64,000 bases of DNA from Alphaproteobacteria bacterium (GTDB lineage: Bacteria; Pseudomonadota; Alphaproteobacteria; MPNO01; UBA830), in contig OZ251539.1 in assembly GCA_965243135.1 (NCBI GenBank), forward strand, positions 512,001 through 576,000. The letters run 5' to 3'. Below, one piece after another: positions 19,817 to 29,551 of the stretch. The position numbers and the translations under genes were made by a program. The notes under the pieces were generated by a model. It had not been told where the DNA came from and did no database searches. It was given only the letters and a program-made list of their open reading frames with translations. How positions within the stretch are numbered: the stretch's first letter is position 1; each line of letters starts with the position of its first letter.

Positions 19817-21583
19817 ATGATGACGAAAAACATACGGGAGCCGGACGACATCGCCGTTCGGCCGGTGTTCGACAGGGCCGAACGCGACCGGTGGGACGAG
19901 ACGATGCGGAAGCATCACTACCTCGAGTTCCGCGGCATGGTCGGCGAGGCGGTGCGGCATGTCGCCGTGGCCCCGAACGGGGAATGGGTGGCGTTGCTGG
20001 GTTGGAAAGCCGGGGCCTGGCGGCTGCGGGCGCGAGACCGCTGGGTCGGCTGGACGCCCGAGCAACGCGGCCGCCGGTTGCATCTTGTGGCGAACAACGC
20101 GCGCTTGCTGATTCTTCCGCCTTGGCGGCAACGCAACCTGGCGTCCCATATTTTGTCCCTCAGCACCCAGCGCCTGTCGGACGACTTTCAGGCGACATAC
20201 GGCCATCCAGTTTTGATGGCGGAGACTTTCGTGGATCCGGACCGTTTCGAGGGGACGTGTTACCAGGCGGCGAGCTGGCGGGCCGTTGGGTTTACAAAAG
20301 GATTCGAACGCATATCGGGCGGCAGTTACCGCGAACACGGAACGTCCAGAAAAATTCTGATGTTCGAGCTGGAAAAGGATGCCCGCAAGCAACTTTGCAT
20401 GCTTTCCGATAATAAGCTCTGGAACTGCAAGACATTGAACGTAGACGAGATACCGGATCACAGAATGGGGAGTCTGTACGAGTATTTGAGTACGGTTCCG
20501 GACTTCCGAAGTCGCCGCGGTCGGCGCTATCAGTTGGCGACGGTTCTCGCGATCACTATAGCGGCGCAATTATGCGGTTTTTTCAGTCTAACCGCCATAG
20601 CGGACTTTTCCGGGAAGTTGAATCAATCGCAGCTAGCGGAGGTGCGCTCATGGATGAAAGGCGACGGAATCCGGACGGCCCCGAGCTATTCGACCTTCCA
20701 TCGCGTGCTTTCGAATGTCGACCCGGAAGCCCTTGACAAAGCTTTGCATGATTGGAGCGCGCAATACCAGGATCCCAACGGAATCATGGGGTTCGACGGA
20801 AAATCCGTGCGCGGAGCGTCACGGCATGGAGACGGGTGTCATCTGGTCGGAGCCGTCGAGCACGAAACCGGACTAATTTGCGGTCAGGTGAAAGTCGCAG
20901 ACAAGTCAAACGAGATTCCGGCTGCGCGACAGTTGTTGCGGAACATGCAGTTGTTCGGGCGTATTGTGACCGCAGACGCCATGCACACTCAGGTCGAAAC
21001 AACCCAGTTGATCTTGGACAAGGGAGCCGACTATCTTATGGTCGTCAAGGGCAACCAGAAAACCATACTCGAAGATCTGAAAGCGATTGACTGGAACGAT
21101 CAGACGGTTGGTAAAAGCGAGACGATGGAAAAAACGCACGGTCGAATCGACACTCGCACTTGTCTGGTCGTCGAACTCGATAATACCTGGGACGGGTACG
21201 TCGAACTGCCCGGACGACGGCAGGCATTCCGTATCGAGCGCACACGTCAGAAACTCAGAAAGGGAAAGGTCGTCGGGATAACTTCGGAAATCGCTTACGG
21301 GGTAACTTCCATCCCGCCGTCGCGCGGAGGACCTGCCGAGATTCTCGATATAGCTCGCCGTCACTGGGAAATCGAGAACCGGTTGCATCACGTTCGCGAC
21401 ATGACTTACGACGAGGATCGCCGCCGCAACCACGTCGGCAGCAGTGCCCGTGCACTGGCTTCGATTCGCAACGCCGCGATTTCCATCGTTCGGTTGCGCG
21501 GACGATTTGATTATCTGCCGCAGGCTCACCGGCACTACGATTCGCGCCAGGCCGTTCGAGAGCTGACCACCGAGGTCTTCTGA
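19817..21583 (+). CDS. ISAs1-family transposase with N-terminal DUF4338 domain
   Basis: DUF4338 (HHYL...ANNARLLIL...NLASH...ETFVDP..F.GTCY.AA.W) followed by the ISAs1 core (FDGKSVRG, DKSNEIPA, VTADAMH, VKGNQ, HWEIENRLH.VRD). Confidence 0.9.
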   Translation: MMTKNIREPDDIAVRPVFDRAERDRWDETMRKHHYLEFRGMVGEAVRHVAVAPNGEWVALLGWKAGAWRLRARDRWVGWTPEQRGRRLHLVANNARLLILPPWRQRNLASHILSLSTQRLSDDFQATYGHPVLMAETFVDPDRFEGTCYQAASWRAVGFTKGFERISGGSYREHGTSRKILMFELEKDARKQLCMLSDNKLWNCKTLNVDEIPDHRMGSLYEYLSTVPDFRSRRGRRYQLATVLAITIAAQLCGFFSLTAIADFSGKLNQSQLAEVRSWMKGDGIRTAPSYSTFHRVLSNVDPEALDKALHDWSAQYQDPNGIMGFDGKSVRGASRHGDGCHLVGAVEHETGLICGQVKVADKSNEIPAARQLLRNMQLFGRIVTADAMHTQVETTQLILDKGADYLMVVKGNQKTILEDLKAIDWNDQTVGKSETMEKTHGRIDTRTCLVVELDNTWDGYVELPGRRQAFRIERTRQKLRKGKVVGITSEIAYGVTSIPPSRGGPAEILDIARRHWEIENRLHHVRDMTYDEDRRRNHVGSSARALASIRNAAISIVRLRGRFDYLPQAHRHYDSRQAVRELTTEVF

Positions 21584-21649
21584 CGTCCGACCGATGGCCT
21601 CGCCTCTCGCGCCGCTGCCTCCCGCCGTCCGCACCGCTGCTGTCTCTTC

Positions 21650-21715
21650 GCGCCGCCATCGTCCCGCCGACGCGGATCTCGCGCCGCCATCGTCCGCCGA
21701 CGCGGATCTCGCGCC
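21650..21715 (+). repeat. About 30-bp tandem duplication in the IS 3' non-coding region
   Basis: GCGCCGCCATCGTC(C)CGCCGACGCGGATCTC occurs twice; a single related copy is present in IS copy 1. Confidence 0.75.
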
Positions 21716-21941
21716 GCTGCCGCCTCCTCGAGGGCGACGCTTGGCAATGATCGCGCCATTCTTGAATTCGCCCTGCGAGAAACCGAAGGGGCAGGACGGC
21801 AAAGACACCGAAGGATAAACTGCCGAGATCTGGCAGAGGGTCGTCGGCGGAAATCGGCAGTGTCGGCAAGACGGTCGGGACAACCGATACCAAGAATCTG
21901 GAACGTCCGCCGCCTCCACCGAAAAAGGACGGAAAGAAAGG

Positions 21942-22466
21942 ATGATCGAAAATCTTGACGACAGGACCTACGAGCTTCTGTTCGCGGTGCGTCGTTCGGT
22001 TCGTTATCACGAGCGCCGCCGCCGCTTTTACGAGGCATGGAACGTGGCGGCCGTCGCATTTGGAGTTTTGGGTGGCTCCGCCGCTGCTACCGCCATTATG
22101 GCGGGGTGGGGCGCATGGTCGGCAGCGATCGCTGCGGGCGTGGCGGTGCTGAGCGCGTCGGCAGTGGGGACCGTTCGTCGCGCGGATCGGCACGGCGACC
22201 TCATGCGCCAGTTCATTGCGCTGGAACGGCGATTTTCGCACGGCAAGAATATGGGCGGCAAAGAATACCGGGAAGCCGTCTCCGAGCGTCTCGGCATCGA
22301 ATCGAGCGAACCGCCCGTGTTGCGATTGCTCGACGTGCTCTGTCATTACGAGGTCTTGCGCTCGGTGGGCGGCAACCCGCCCCCGAAAATGCCTTGGTGG
22401 CGGCGCAAGCTGGCGCACTGGCTCAGTCAGACCGACTTCGCGCTGACCGTCGGTAATAACGCTTGA
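21942..22466 (+). CDS. Two-transmembrane protein, SLATT-like
   Basis: LLFAVRRSVRYHERRRRFYE, then two Ala/Gly-rich TM segments, then RHGDLMRQFIALE. Confidence 0.65.
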   Translation: MIENLDDRTYELLFAVRRSVRYHERRRRFYEAWNVAAVAFGVLGGSAAATAIMAGWGAWSAAIAAGVAVLSASAVGTVRRADRHGDLMRQFIALERRFSHGKNMGGKEYREAVSERLGIESSEPPVLRLLDVLCHYEVLRSVGGNPPPKMPWWRRKLAHWLSQTDFALTVGNNA

Positions 22467-22767
22467 AGGCTTCCGCCGGCCGGCGAACCGCAACGAGCTC
22501 CGGGGCTGCGAAAGATCGCCGGGGAACTTCTTCCGCCCCGGCGGACGCCTTGGCGCTCGCCGGCCGATATTGCTCCACGACCGCGGCCGGTCTCCACCAT
22601 GTGCACCGCAAGGACCGCCCGCGCGGCCGCGGGGCGCGTCGCTTCCGGCGGGTGCATTTTCCTGGCCGTTTCGGGGATCGTCTCCGCGCCGCGCTGGATT
22701 CGGCGCCGCGCGCGCTATACCCTGCGGCGGCTTTCCTGCGAGGAAAGCGAGCAGGGAGAGCTTCGGC

Positions 22768-24195
22768 GTGGCCAACAGGGATTTGAGAGACTGGATCGGC
22801 GAACTGGAGGCGGCAGGACAACTCCGCGTCGTCACGGGCGCCGACCGCGAGGAAGAGATCGGCGGCATCGTCGACCTCGCGATGCGCAGGATGACGAACC
22901 CGGCCGTCCTGTTCGACGAGGTGCCGGGCTACCCGAAGGGCCGCCGCGTGCTCGCCAACATCCTGACGTCCGTGCCGCGCATAAACCTCGCGCTCGGACT
23001 GCCGGCCGACTCGCCGGAAATCGCGCTGGTCGAGTTCTGGCGGAACTACATGCGCGACCAGCCGGTCCGCGAGCCGGTGGAAGTCAACGGCGGGCCGCTG
23101 ATCGAGAACGTCTTCGAGGGCGAAGACGTCGACATCGGCGCGATTCCCAGCCCGAAGTGGCACGAACTGGACGGCGGCTACTTCATAGGCACCGCCTGCA
23201 TGGTGGTGATGAAAGATCCCGATTCCGGGTGGATCAACTACGGGGCTTACCGGGTTCAGGCGCATGCGCCGAAGACCGCGTCGGTGATGGTGTCGAAGGG
23301 CAAGCACGGCAATCTCATCATGAACAAGTATTTCGAACGCGGGAAACCGTGTCCGGTCGCCGTGGTCGCGGGCATGCATCCGGCGCTGTTCATGGTGGCG
23401 GGACTCGAGATGCCGTACGGCAGAAACGAGTACGATTGCGCCGGCGGCCTGCTCGGCGAGGGCGTCGAAGTGATCCGCATGCCGCGGACCGGCCTGCCGG
23501 TGCCCGCCGCCGCCGAGATCGCGTTCGAAGGATTCGTGCGCGCTGGAGACCTCGTGGACGAAGGGCCGTTCGGCGAGTGGACCGGCTATTACGCCGGCGA
23601 CATGCATCCCGAGCCGGCGATCCGGATCGAGACCTTGATGCATCGCGACGATCCGGTGCTGCTTGGGGCCATTCCGGGGGTGCCGCCCAACGACGACACT
23701 TTCTATCGCGGCACCTATCGCTGCGGCGCGGTATGGAACCAGCTCGAGGCGGCCGGCATCCCGGAGGTGAAGGGCGTGTGGGCGCACGAAGCGGGCGGCA
23801 GCCGCATGTGGCTTACCGTGTCCATCAGGCAGATGTACGGCGGTCACTCCAAGCAGGCGGGCCTGGTCGCTTCGCAGTGTCACGCCGGCGCCTACGCCAA
23901 TCGCTGGGTCGTCGTGGTCGACGACGACATCGACCCGTCGAACATGAACGACGTCGTCTGGGCCATGTGCACGCGCTGCGATCCGAAGGACGGCGTCGAC
24001 ATTCTGAACAACTGCTGGAGCACACATCTCGATCCGATGAGCTACAGCCACGAGGACCGCCGCAACTCGCGCGTCGTCGTCGACGCGTGCCGTCCCTTCA
24101 ACCGGCGCGACAGCTTTCCGCTGGTCGCCCGCAACAGCGCCGGGCTCGACGAGCGTTTGCGCGCCAAATTCGGAGATCTGTTCCCGGCGCCGTGA
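22768..24195 (+). CDS. UbiD-family (prFMN-dependent) decarboxylase
   Basis: DLRDWIGELE..GQL, DGGYFIGT, NYGAYR, EGPFGEWTGYY, VVDDDID. GTG start with GGAG RBS. Confidence 0.92.
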   Translation: MANRDLRDWIGELEAAGQLRVVTGADREEEIGGIVDLAMRRMTNPAVLFDEVPGYPKGRRVLANILTSVPRINLALGLPADSPEIALVEFWRNYMRDQPVREPVEVNGGPLIENVFEGEDVDIGAIPSPKWHELDGGYFIGTACMVVMKDPDSGWINYGAYRVQAHAPKTASVMVSKGKHGNLIMNKYFERGKPCPVAVVAGMHPALFMVAGLEMPYGRNEYDCAGGLLGEGVEVIRMPRTGLPVPAAAEIAFEGFVRAGDLVDEGPFGEWTGYYAGDMHPEPAIRIETLMHRDDPVLLGAIPGVPPNDDTFYRGTYRCGAVWNQLEAAGIPEVKGVWAHEAGGSRMWLTVSIRQMYGGHSKQAGLVASQCHAGAYANRWVVVVDDDIDPSNMNDVVWAMCTRCDPKDGVDILNNCWSTHLDPMSYSHEDRRNSRVVVDACRPFNRRDSFPLVARNSAGLDERLRAKFGDLFPAP

Positions 24196-24246
24196 CCGCG
24201 CGCCGCGAACTGTCTAATATCCCGGAAGAACGGGGAGGGGAAGCGT

Positions 24247-25122
24247 ATGACCGATCTGCGCTACGAGGCGCCGGAATCTCTGAACGAGGCGGTCGCGCTG
24301 GTCGCCGGCGGCGGCAGGGTTCTGGCCGGCGGAACCGACGTGCTCGTTCTGATGCATTCCGAAATGATGGAGCCGGAGTTGCTCGTCGACGTGAAGCGCA
24401 TCCCGGAACTGCGCGAGATCGTCGAGGAGGAAGGCGCTTGGAGAATAGGCGCCGCGGTCCCGGGCATGGCGGTCGTCGACCACGACGGCTTTTCCGCCTC
24501 GTGGCCCGGGGTCGTCGAGGGCGTCGCGCTGATCGGCTCCGTGCAGATCAAGGGCCGCGCCACGGTCGGAGGCAATCTGTGCAACGCGTCTCCGGCGGCG
24601 GACAGCGTTCCTGCGCTGATCGCCGCGGGGGCGGCGGCGGAAATCGCGGGCCCGTCGGGGCGCCGCCGGGAGGCGGTCGAGAACGTCGTGACCGGGCCCG
24701 GCCGGACGTCGCTCGCCGACGGCGAAATCGTCGCGTCGTTCCGGTTCCCGCCGCGGCCGCCCCGCGCGGGCGACTGTTACCTGCGGCTCACTCCGCGCAC
24801 CGAAATGGACATCGCCGTGGTCGGAGCCGGCGTCAACGTCGTCCTCGACGGCGACGGCGTATGCGCGCAAGCCCGAATCGCGCTCGGCGCCGTGGCGCCG
24901 ACCCCGCTGCTCGTGGCCGACGCGGCGGCCGCGCTGATCGGCACCCGGGTCGACGCCGCCGCGCTGGACGACATGGTCGCCGCCTGCCGGGCGGCGTGCG
25001 ACCCCATCAGCGACAAGCGGGGCACGCGCGAATACCGCATCAGGACGGCCGGCGTCATCGCGCGGCGCGCGGCCGAGAAAGCGCTCGCGAGGGCGCGGAG
25101 TTCAGGGGAAGCGACGGGATGA
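24247..25122 (+). CDS. Xanthine dehydrogenase family FAD-binding subunit
   Basis: LAGGTDVLV, IGSVQIKGRATVGGNLCNASPAADS. Confidence 0.93.
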   Translation: MTDLRYEAPESLNEAVALVAGGGRVLAGGTDVLVLMHSEMMEPELLVDVKRIPELREIVEEEGAWRIGAAVPGMAVVDHDGFSASWPGVVEGVALIGSVQIKGRATVGGNLCNASPAADSVPALIAAGAAAEIAGPSGRRREAVENVVTGPGRTSLADGEIVASFRFPPRPPRAGDCYLRLTPRTEMDIAVVGAGVNVVLDGDGVCAQARIALGAVAPTPLLVADAAAALIGTRVDAAALDDMVAACRAACDPISDKRGTREYRIRTAGVIARRAAEKALARARSSGEATG

Positions 25123-25592
25123 AGGCACATGTCACGACGATCGTGAACGGCGATTCTTACGAGTATCTCTGCGAGCCGGAGAGGACGCTGGTCGACGTTC
25201 TGAGGAACGAGATGGAGCTGACGGGCACCAAGGAAGGCTGCTCGACGGGCGATTGCGGGGCGTGCAGCGTCATCCTCGACGGCGAGCTGGTCTGCTCCTG
25301 CCTGGTGCTCGCCGCCGAGACCGACGGCAGCCGGGTCGAGACCATCGAAGGCATGGCGCGGGACGGCGAACTGCATCCGCTGCAGCGCAACTTCCTGGAA
25401 CTGAACGGTCTGCAATGCGGGATCTGCACGCCCGGCATCCTCGTCGCGGCGAAGGCGCTCCTCGAGCGCAATCCCGATCCCACGGAAACGGAAACCCGCT
25501 ACTGGCTGGCGGGAAATCTTTGCCGCTGCACCGGGTACGACAAGATCGTCCGTTCGGTGATGGCCGCGGCCGAAGAAATGCGGGGAGTTTGA
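25119..25592 (+). CDS. (2Fe-2S)-binding subunit
   Basis: GCSTGDCGAC, QCGICTPG, NLCRCTGY; ATGA overlap with the upstream gene. Confidence 0.93.
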   Translation: MKAHVTTIVNGDSYEYLCEPERTLVDVLRNEMELTGTKEGCSTGDCGACSVILDGELVCSCLVLAAETDGSRVETIEGMARDGELHPLQRNFLELNGLQCGICTPGILVAAKALLERNPDPTETETRYWLAGNLCRCTGYDKIVRSVMAAAEEMRGV

Positions 25593-25594
25593 CC

Positions 25595-27886
25595 ATGGCG
25601 ACGATACTCGAGGACAGCAAGTTCGATCCCGGCCGCGATCTCAAGATCGTCGGCACCAATCCGATCAAGCACGACGGGCTCGACAAGGTGACGGGCCGCG
25701 CGCGGTTCGGCGCGGACGCCTCCCTGCCGGGCATGCTCCACGGCAGGGTTCTCAGGAGCCCGCACGCGCATGCCGCGATCAGGTCGATCGACGCGTCGAA
25801 GGCCGAGGCGCTCCCGGGCGTCAAGGCGGTGATCACCCGCGACGATTTCCCGGACATCCCGACCGGCAGTCCGGCCGGCGACATGAGCCGGAACGCGATG
25901 GCGCGCGAAAAAGCGCTGTACGACGGCCATCCCGTCGCGGCGGTGGCCGCCACGACCGAGGCGATCGCGAAGCGGGCGCTGAAGCTGATCGCGGTGGACT
26001 ACGAGGTTCTGCCGCACGTCATCGATCCGGTCGAGGCGATGAAGCCGGACGCGCCGATTCTGCACGACCACCTGCGGACCAGGGGACTCGACGAGGAAAG
26101 CGACGCGCCCACCAACGTGGTCGAGCGCATGGTCAGCCGGATGGGGGACGTCGAGAAGGGTTTCGCCGAGGCCGACGTCGTCGTCGAGCGCGAGTTCGAC
26201 ACGCAGCCCATGCATCAGGGCTACATCGAACCCCAAGGCTGCATCGCCGACTATTCCGACGACGGACAGGTCTATCTGTGGTGCTGCACCCAGGCGCCGT
26301 TCGTCTACCGCGACCGCCTCTCGGCGATACTCAAGATCGACGCTGCGAGAATCAACGTCCAGCAGTCCGAACTCGGCGGCGGCTTCGGCGGCAAGACCGG
26401 CTTCTACGCCGAGCCGCTCGCGGTCCTTCTGTCGCGGAAGGCGAGCCGTCCGGTCCGGATCGTGATGACCCGCAACGAGGTGTTTCGCGGCACCGGTCCG
26501 GTGGCCGGCACCAGCTACGCGATCAGGATGGGCGTCGCGAAGGACGGCCGGATCACCGCCGCGACCGGCAGGTTGGTGTTCCAGACCGGCGCGTTCACGG
26601 GTTCGATGTACTTCAACGCGCCGAACGCGATGTTCACCCGGTACGACCTGGAGAACGTCCATGTCGAATCCTTCGAGGTCGTTTCCAACCGGCCGAAGGT
26701 GAATTCGTTCCGCGCGCCCTGCGTGCCCCAGATCGTGTTCGGCGTGGAGGGGGTGATCGACGAGCTCGCGAGGAAGATCGGCATGGATCCGATCGATTTG
26801 CGCCTGCGCAACGCGGCGACCGAGGGATACACGACGATCTACGGCGAGACGCTGGGTTCCATCGGCTTCGTCGAGACGCTGGAGGCGGCGAAGAAATGCG
26901 ACCATTACAACTCGCCCGTGCCCGAGGGGCAGGGGCGGGGCGTCGCCGCGGGTTTCTGGTTCAATCGGGGCGGCGAGACTTCGACCTCCCTCAACGTCGC
27001 GCCCGACGGAACGGTGACGATCATCATCGGCACGGCCGACGTCGCGGGGTCCCGGATATCCATCGCGATGATGGCGGCCGAAGAGCTGGGAATCGACGTC
27101 GACAAGGTGCGCATCACGATGGCCGACACCAATTCGCTCGGCTTCAACCGCGTCACGGCGGGCAGCCGGACCACGTACTCGGTCGGCATGACCGTGGTGG
27201 ACAACGCGCGCCGCTGCATCGACGAACTGTGCCGCCGCGCGGCGCAGATCTGGGACGTGCCGGAGGACGCCGTCGTCTACGAGAACGGCCAATGCCGGCC
27301 GGCGAGTCAGAACGTCGGCGATTTCGAGCCGCTGTCCATCGCCGACGTCACCCGGCGGACGACCATGTCGCACGGCGCCGTCACGGCGAGCGCGTCGATG
27401 AACGTCACCGGGGCGGGGCCGGGGTTCGGCCTTCATATCGTCGACGTGAAGGTCGACGAAGAGACCGGGCGAACGGACGTGATGCGCTACACGGTCGTCG
27501 AGGACGCCGGCAAGGCGATCCATCCGCTGCAGGTCGAGGGCCAGTATCAGGGCGGGGCCGTGCAGGGAATCGGATGGGCGCTCAACGAGGAGTACGTGTA
27601 CGGCGAGGACGGCCGCATGCAGAACGCGAGCTTTCTCGATTACCGCATGCCCGTCACTTCCGACGTTCCGATGATCGACACGGTCATCGTCGAGGTGCCC
27701 AATCCGAAGCACCCGTTCGGATTGCGCGGCGTGGGCGAAGTTCCGGTCGTGCCCACGATGGCCGCGATCGGCAACGCGATCGGCGACGCGATCGGGGTTC
27801 GCCCCCGGTCGCTGCCGATGTCGCCGCCGAAGCTGCTCGAGCTGATCGAGAAGGCGGAGCCGGACCCGTCCTACGTCCGAGGATGA
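25595..27886 (+). CDS. Xanthine dehydrogenase family molybdopterin-binding subunit
   Basis: DKVTGRARF, LRSPHAHA, LGGGFGGK, NSFRAPC, VEGQYQGG, RGVGE. Confidence 0.92.
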   Translation: MATILEDSKFDPGRDLKIVGTNPIKHDGLDKVTGRARFGADASLPGMLHGRVLRSPHAHAAIRSIDASKAEALPGVKAVITRDDFPDIPTGSPAGDMSRNAMAREKALYDGHPVAAVAATTEAIAKRALKLIAVDYEVLPHVIDPVEAMKPDAPILHDHLRTRGLDEESDAPTNVVERMVSRMGDVEKGFAEADVVVEREFDTQPMHQGYIEPQGCIADYSDDGQVYLWCCTQAPFVYRDRLSAILKIDAARINVQQSELGGGFGGKTGFYAEPLAVLLSRKASRPVRIVMTRNEVFRGTGPVAGTSYAIRMGVAKDGRITAATGRLVFQTGAFTGSMYFNAPNAMFTRYDLENVHVESFEVVSNRPKVNSFRAPCVPQIVFGVEGVIDELARKIGMDPIDLRLRNAATEGYTTIYGETLGSIGFVETLEAAKKCDHYNSPVPEGQGRGVAAGFWFNRGGETSTSLNVAPDGTVTIIIGTADVAGSRISIAMMAAEELGIDVDKVRITMADTNSLGFNRVTAGSRTTYSVGMTVVDNARRCIDELCRRAAQIWDVPEDAVVYENGQCRPASQNVGDFEPLSIADVTRRTTMSHGAVTASASMNVTGAGPGFGLHIVDVKVDEETGRTDVMRYTVVEDAGKAIHPLQVEGQYQGGAVQGIGWALNEEYVYGEDGRMQNASFLDYRMPVTSDVPMIDTVIVEVPNPKHPFGLRGVGEVPVVPTMAAIGNAIGDAIGVRPRSLPMSPPKLLELIEKAEPDPSYVRG

Positions 27887-27983
27887 GCATGACGCGGCCG
27901 CTGGTTTTCCGCCTGTCCGTCTCGGGCTCGGTCGCGGTTGCCGACGGCGTTTCGTGAGCGCTTTCTTGGCGGCGGAAGCGAAC

Positions 27984-28451
27984 ATGCGTGAGATCGTCAA
28001 GCGCGCAGTCGTCGAAACGCCTGCCGACGAGGTCTGGGCTATCGTCGGCCAGTTCGGTCTATTGCCGAAATGGTCGCCGCTCGTCACTCAATGCCGGGTG
28101 GAAGGCTCCGGGGTCGGCGCGGTCCGGACATTGACCGTAAACGATGGTGCCGTCGTGAAGGAACGAATGGACGCTTACGACGCCGGCCGTCGCACGTACG
28201 CCTATTCCGTTATCGATCCCGGCGCGCTGCCGCTGAAGAGCTGGCGATCGACGGTCCGCGTCGAACCCGACGGCGAGGGATGCTCGATCTTTACCTGGAC
28301 AGGGCGGTTCGAAGTTTCCGGGGCGGAAGAGGCGGAGACCGTCCGTTGGATCGACGCCTTTTACGAAGCAGGCATCGGGGCGCTGCGGGAGCGGGCTTTC
28401 GCCGACCCGCATCCCGCCATCGCGAAGTGGCCCGCTCAAGCGATCACCTGA
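27984..28451 (+). CDS. SRPBCC (polyketide cyclase/dehydrase-like) protein
   Basis: PADEVWAIVGQF..LPKWSP...GSGVGAVRTL...YSV. Confidence 0.85.
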   Translation: MREIVKRAVVETPADEVWAIVGQFGLLPKWSPLVTQCRVEGSGVGAVRTLTVNDGAVVKERMDAYDAGRRTYAYSVIDPGALPLKSWRSTVRVEPDGEGCSIFTWTGRFEVSGAEEAETVRWIDAFYEAGIGALRERAFADPHPAIAKWPAQAIT

Positions 28452-28480
28452 AGCCGACGTGGCGGGAAAGTCTTCCGCTT

Positions 28481-29404
28481 CTACGACAGATCCAGCATCC
28501 GGCTCACGTTGCCTGACGCCTCGAGCACCGTTTCTTTCATCCAGGCGTACGCATTCTCCTTCTCGAGTTCCGCGTTCGACAAGAGGCTGATGGAGTAGCT
28601 GCCGACGTCGACCGGCGGTTCCAACACCTGGAGATTGCAGTAGTCCTTGAAGATGGTCGCGACGCTCCTCGGGACAAGCGCGAGGAGTTCGGACGTGGAA
28701 ACGATGAACGGGACGGAGAGCAGATTGCCGGTCGTGAGGGCGTATCTTGCCGAGATTCCTTCCTGGGCGAGCAAGGCTTGAACGTCGGCGAACAACGGAA
28801 TGTTGATTTGCGGCAGACTCGCCAGATGCGAGATGCGGAGTTTTCCGGAAATTTTCGGGTGGTCCGCTCGCGCCACGAAACGATACTGATCGGCGAAGAG
28901 CTCCGTCCGGGCGCATCGTTGCCCTGCACGTTCCAGCGTGCCGATGGCGAAGTCGACCTCGTTCCGGGATACTTGGGTTTCCGCCTCGCGCCCGTCGACG
29001 TAATCGACGGTGACGCTGACCTTCGGCGCCGTCGCCTGGAGGCGTTCCACGAGCACGGGGAGCAGAAAGAACGCCGTGTAGTTCACCAGGCCGAACCGGA
29101 ACGAACGCATCAAGGACGCGGGATCGAAAACGGTTTCCAGCGTCGAGCCGATATTCTGGATAGCGCATTGAATTGCGGGGGCGATTTCCCGCGCCCGAAC
29201 GGTCGGTCGGAGGCCGCCCTTCGTTCGCATGAAGAGCGGGTCGCCGTACAGGCGCCGAAGCCTTCGGACGGCGTGGCTCACGGCCGGTTGCGTAAGCCCG
29301 ATCTCGCGAGCCGCTTCCGTTACCGTTCCGAGCCGGAAAACCGTGTCGAAGATCACGAGCAGGTTCAGATCCACGTTTCTAATATGCATATGATTCATGT
29401 TCAT
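28481..29404 (-). CDS. LysR-family transcriptional regulator (start may be 29389 or 29398)
   Basis: VDLNLLVIF...TVTEAAREIGLTQPAVSHAVRRLR...DPLF.R; divergent from the operon at 29552. Confidence 0.93.
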   Translation of the reverse strand: MNMNHMHIRNVDLNLLVIFDTVFRLGTVTEAAREIGLTQPAVSHAVRRLRRLYGDPLFMRTKGGLRPTVRAREIAPAIQCAIQNIGSTLETVFDPASLMRSFRFGLVNYTAFFLLPVLVERLQATAPKVSVTVDYVDGREAETQVSRNEVDFAIGTLERAGQRCARTELFADQYRFVARADHPKISGKLRISHLASLPQINIPLFADVQALLAQEGISARYALTTGNLLSVPFIVSTSELLALVPRSVATIFKDYCNLQVLEPPVDVGSYSISLLSNAELEKENAYAWMKETVLEASGNVSRMLDLS

Positions 29405-29448
29405 TTTCCAAATTATTCATTTGACAGCATTGTAACGCAACCTATGAT
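29384..29448 (+). promoter_or_regulatory. Sigma70-type promoter with upstream LysR T-N11-A box
   Basis: TTGACA (29421-29426) N16 TATGAT (29443-29448); dyad ATGCATATGATTCAT at 29384-29398. Confidence 0.65.
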
Positions 29449-29551
29449 TCGCCTTTGGATCGCGCTCCGCCAGGGCCGGACGATCCGCCGCGGGCGCCGC
29501 CATGGAAAGATCGCCGAGGCGACGGCGGTTGCGCAGCGAGGGAGACAGGTT

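Larger units (their letters stand above)
19506..21775 (+). mobile_element. ISAs1-family insertion sequence (copy 2, intact)
   Basis: CAGGG terminal inverted repeats; 9-bp target duplication CGAGAAACC (19497-19505 and 21776-21784). Confidence 0.93.

Noticed and set aside
19817-21583. Druantia defence system
   Set aside because: DUF4338 is fused to a transposase inside IS ends, and there is no DruE helicase or other dru gene.
10220-21775. One tandem duplication of an R-M plus IS unit
   Set aside because: The IS copies have different target duplications and flanks; R-M homology ends at the stop codon.
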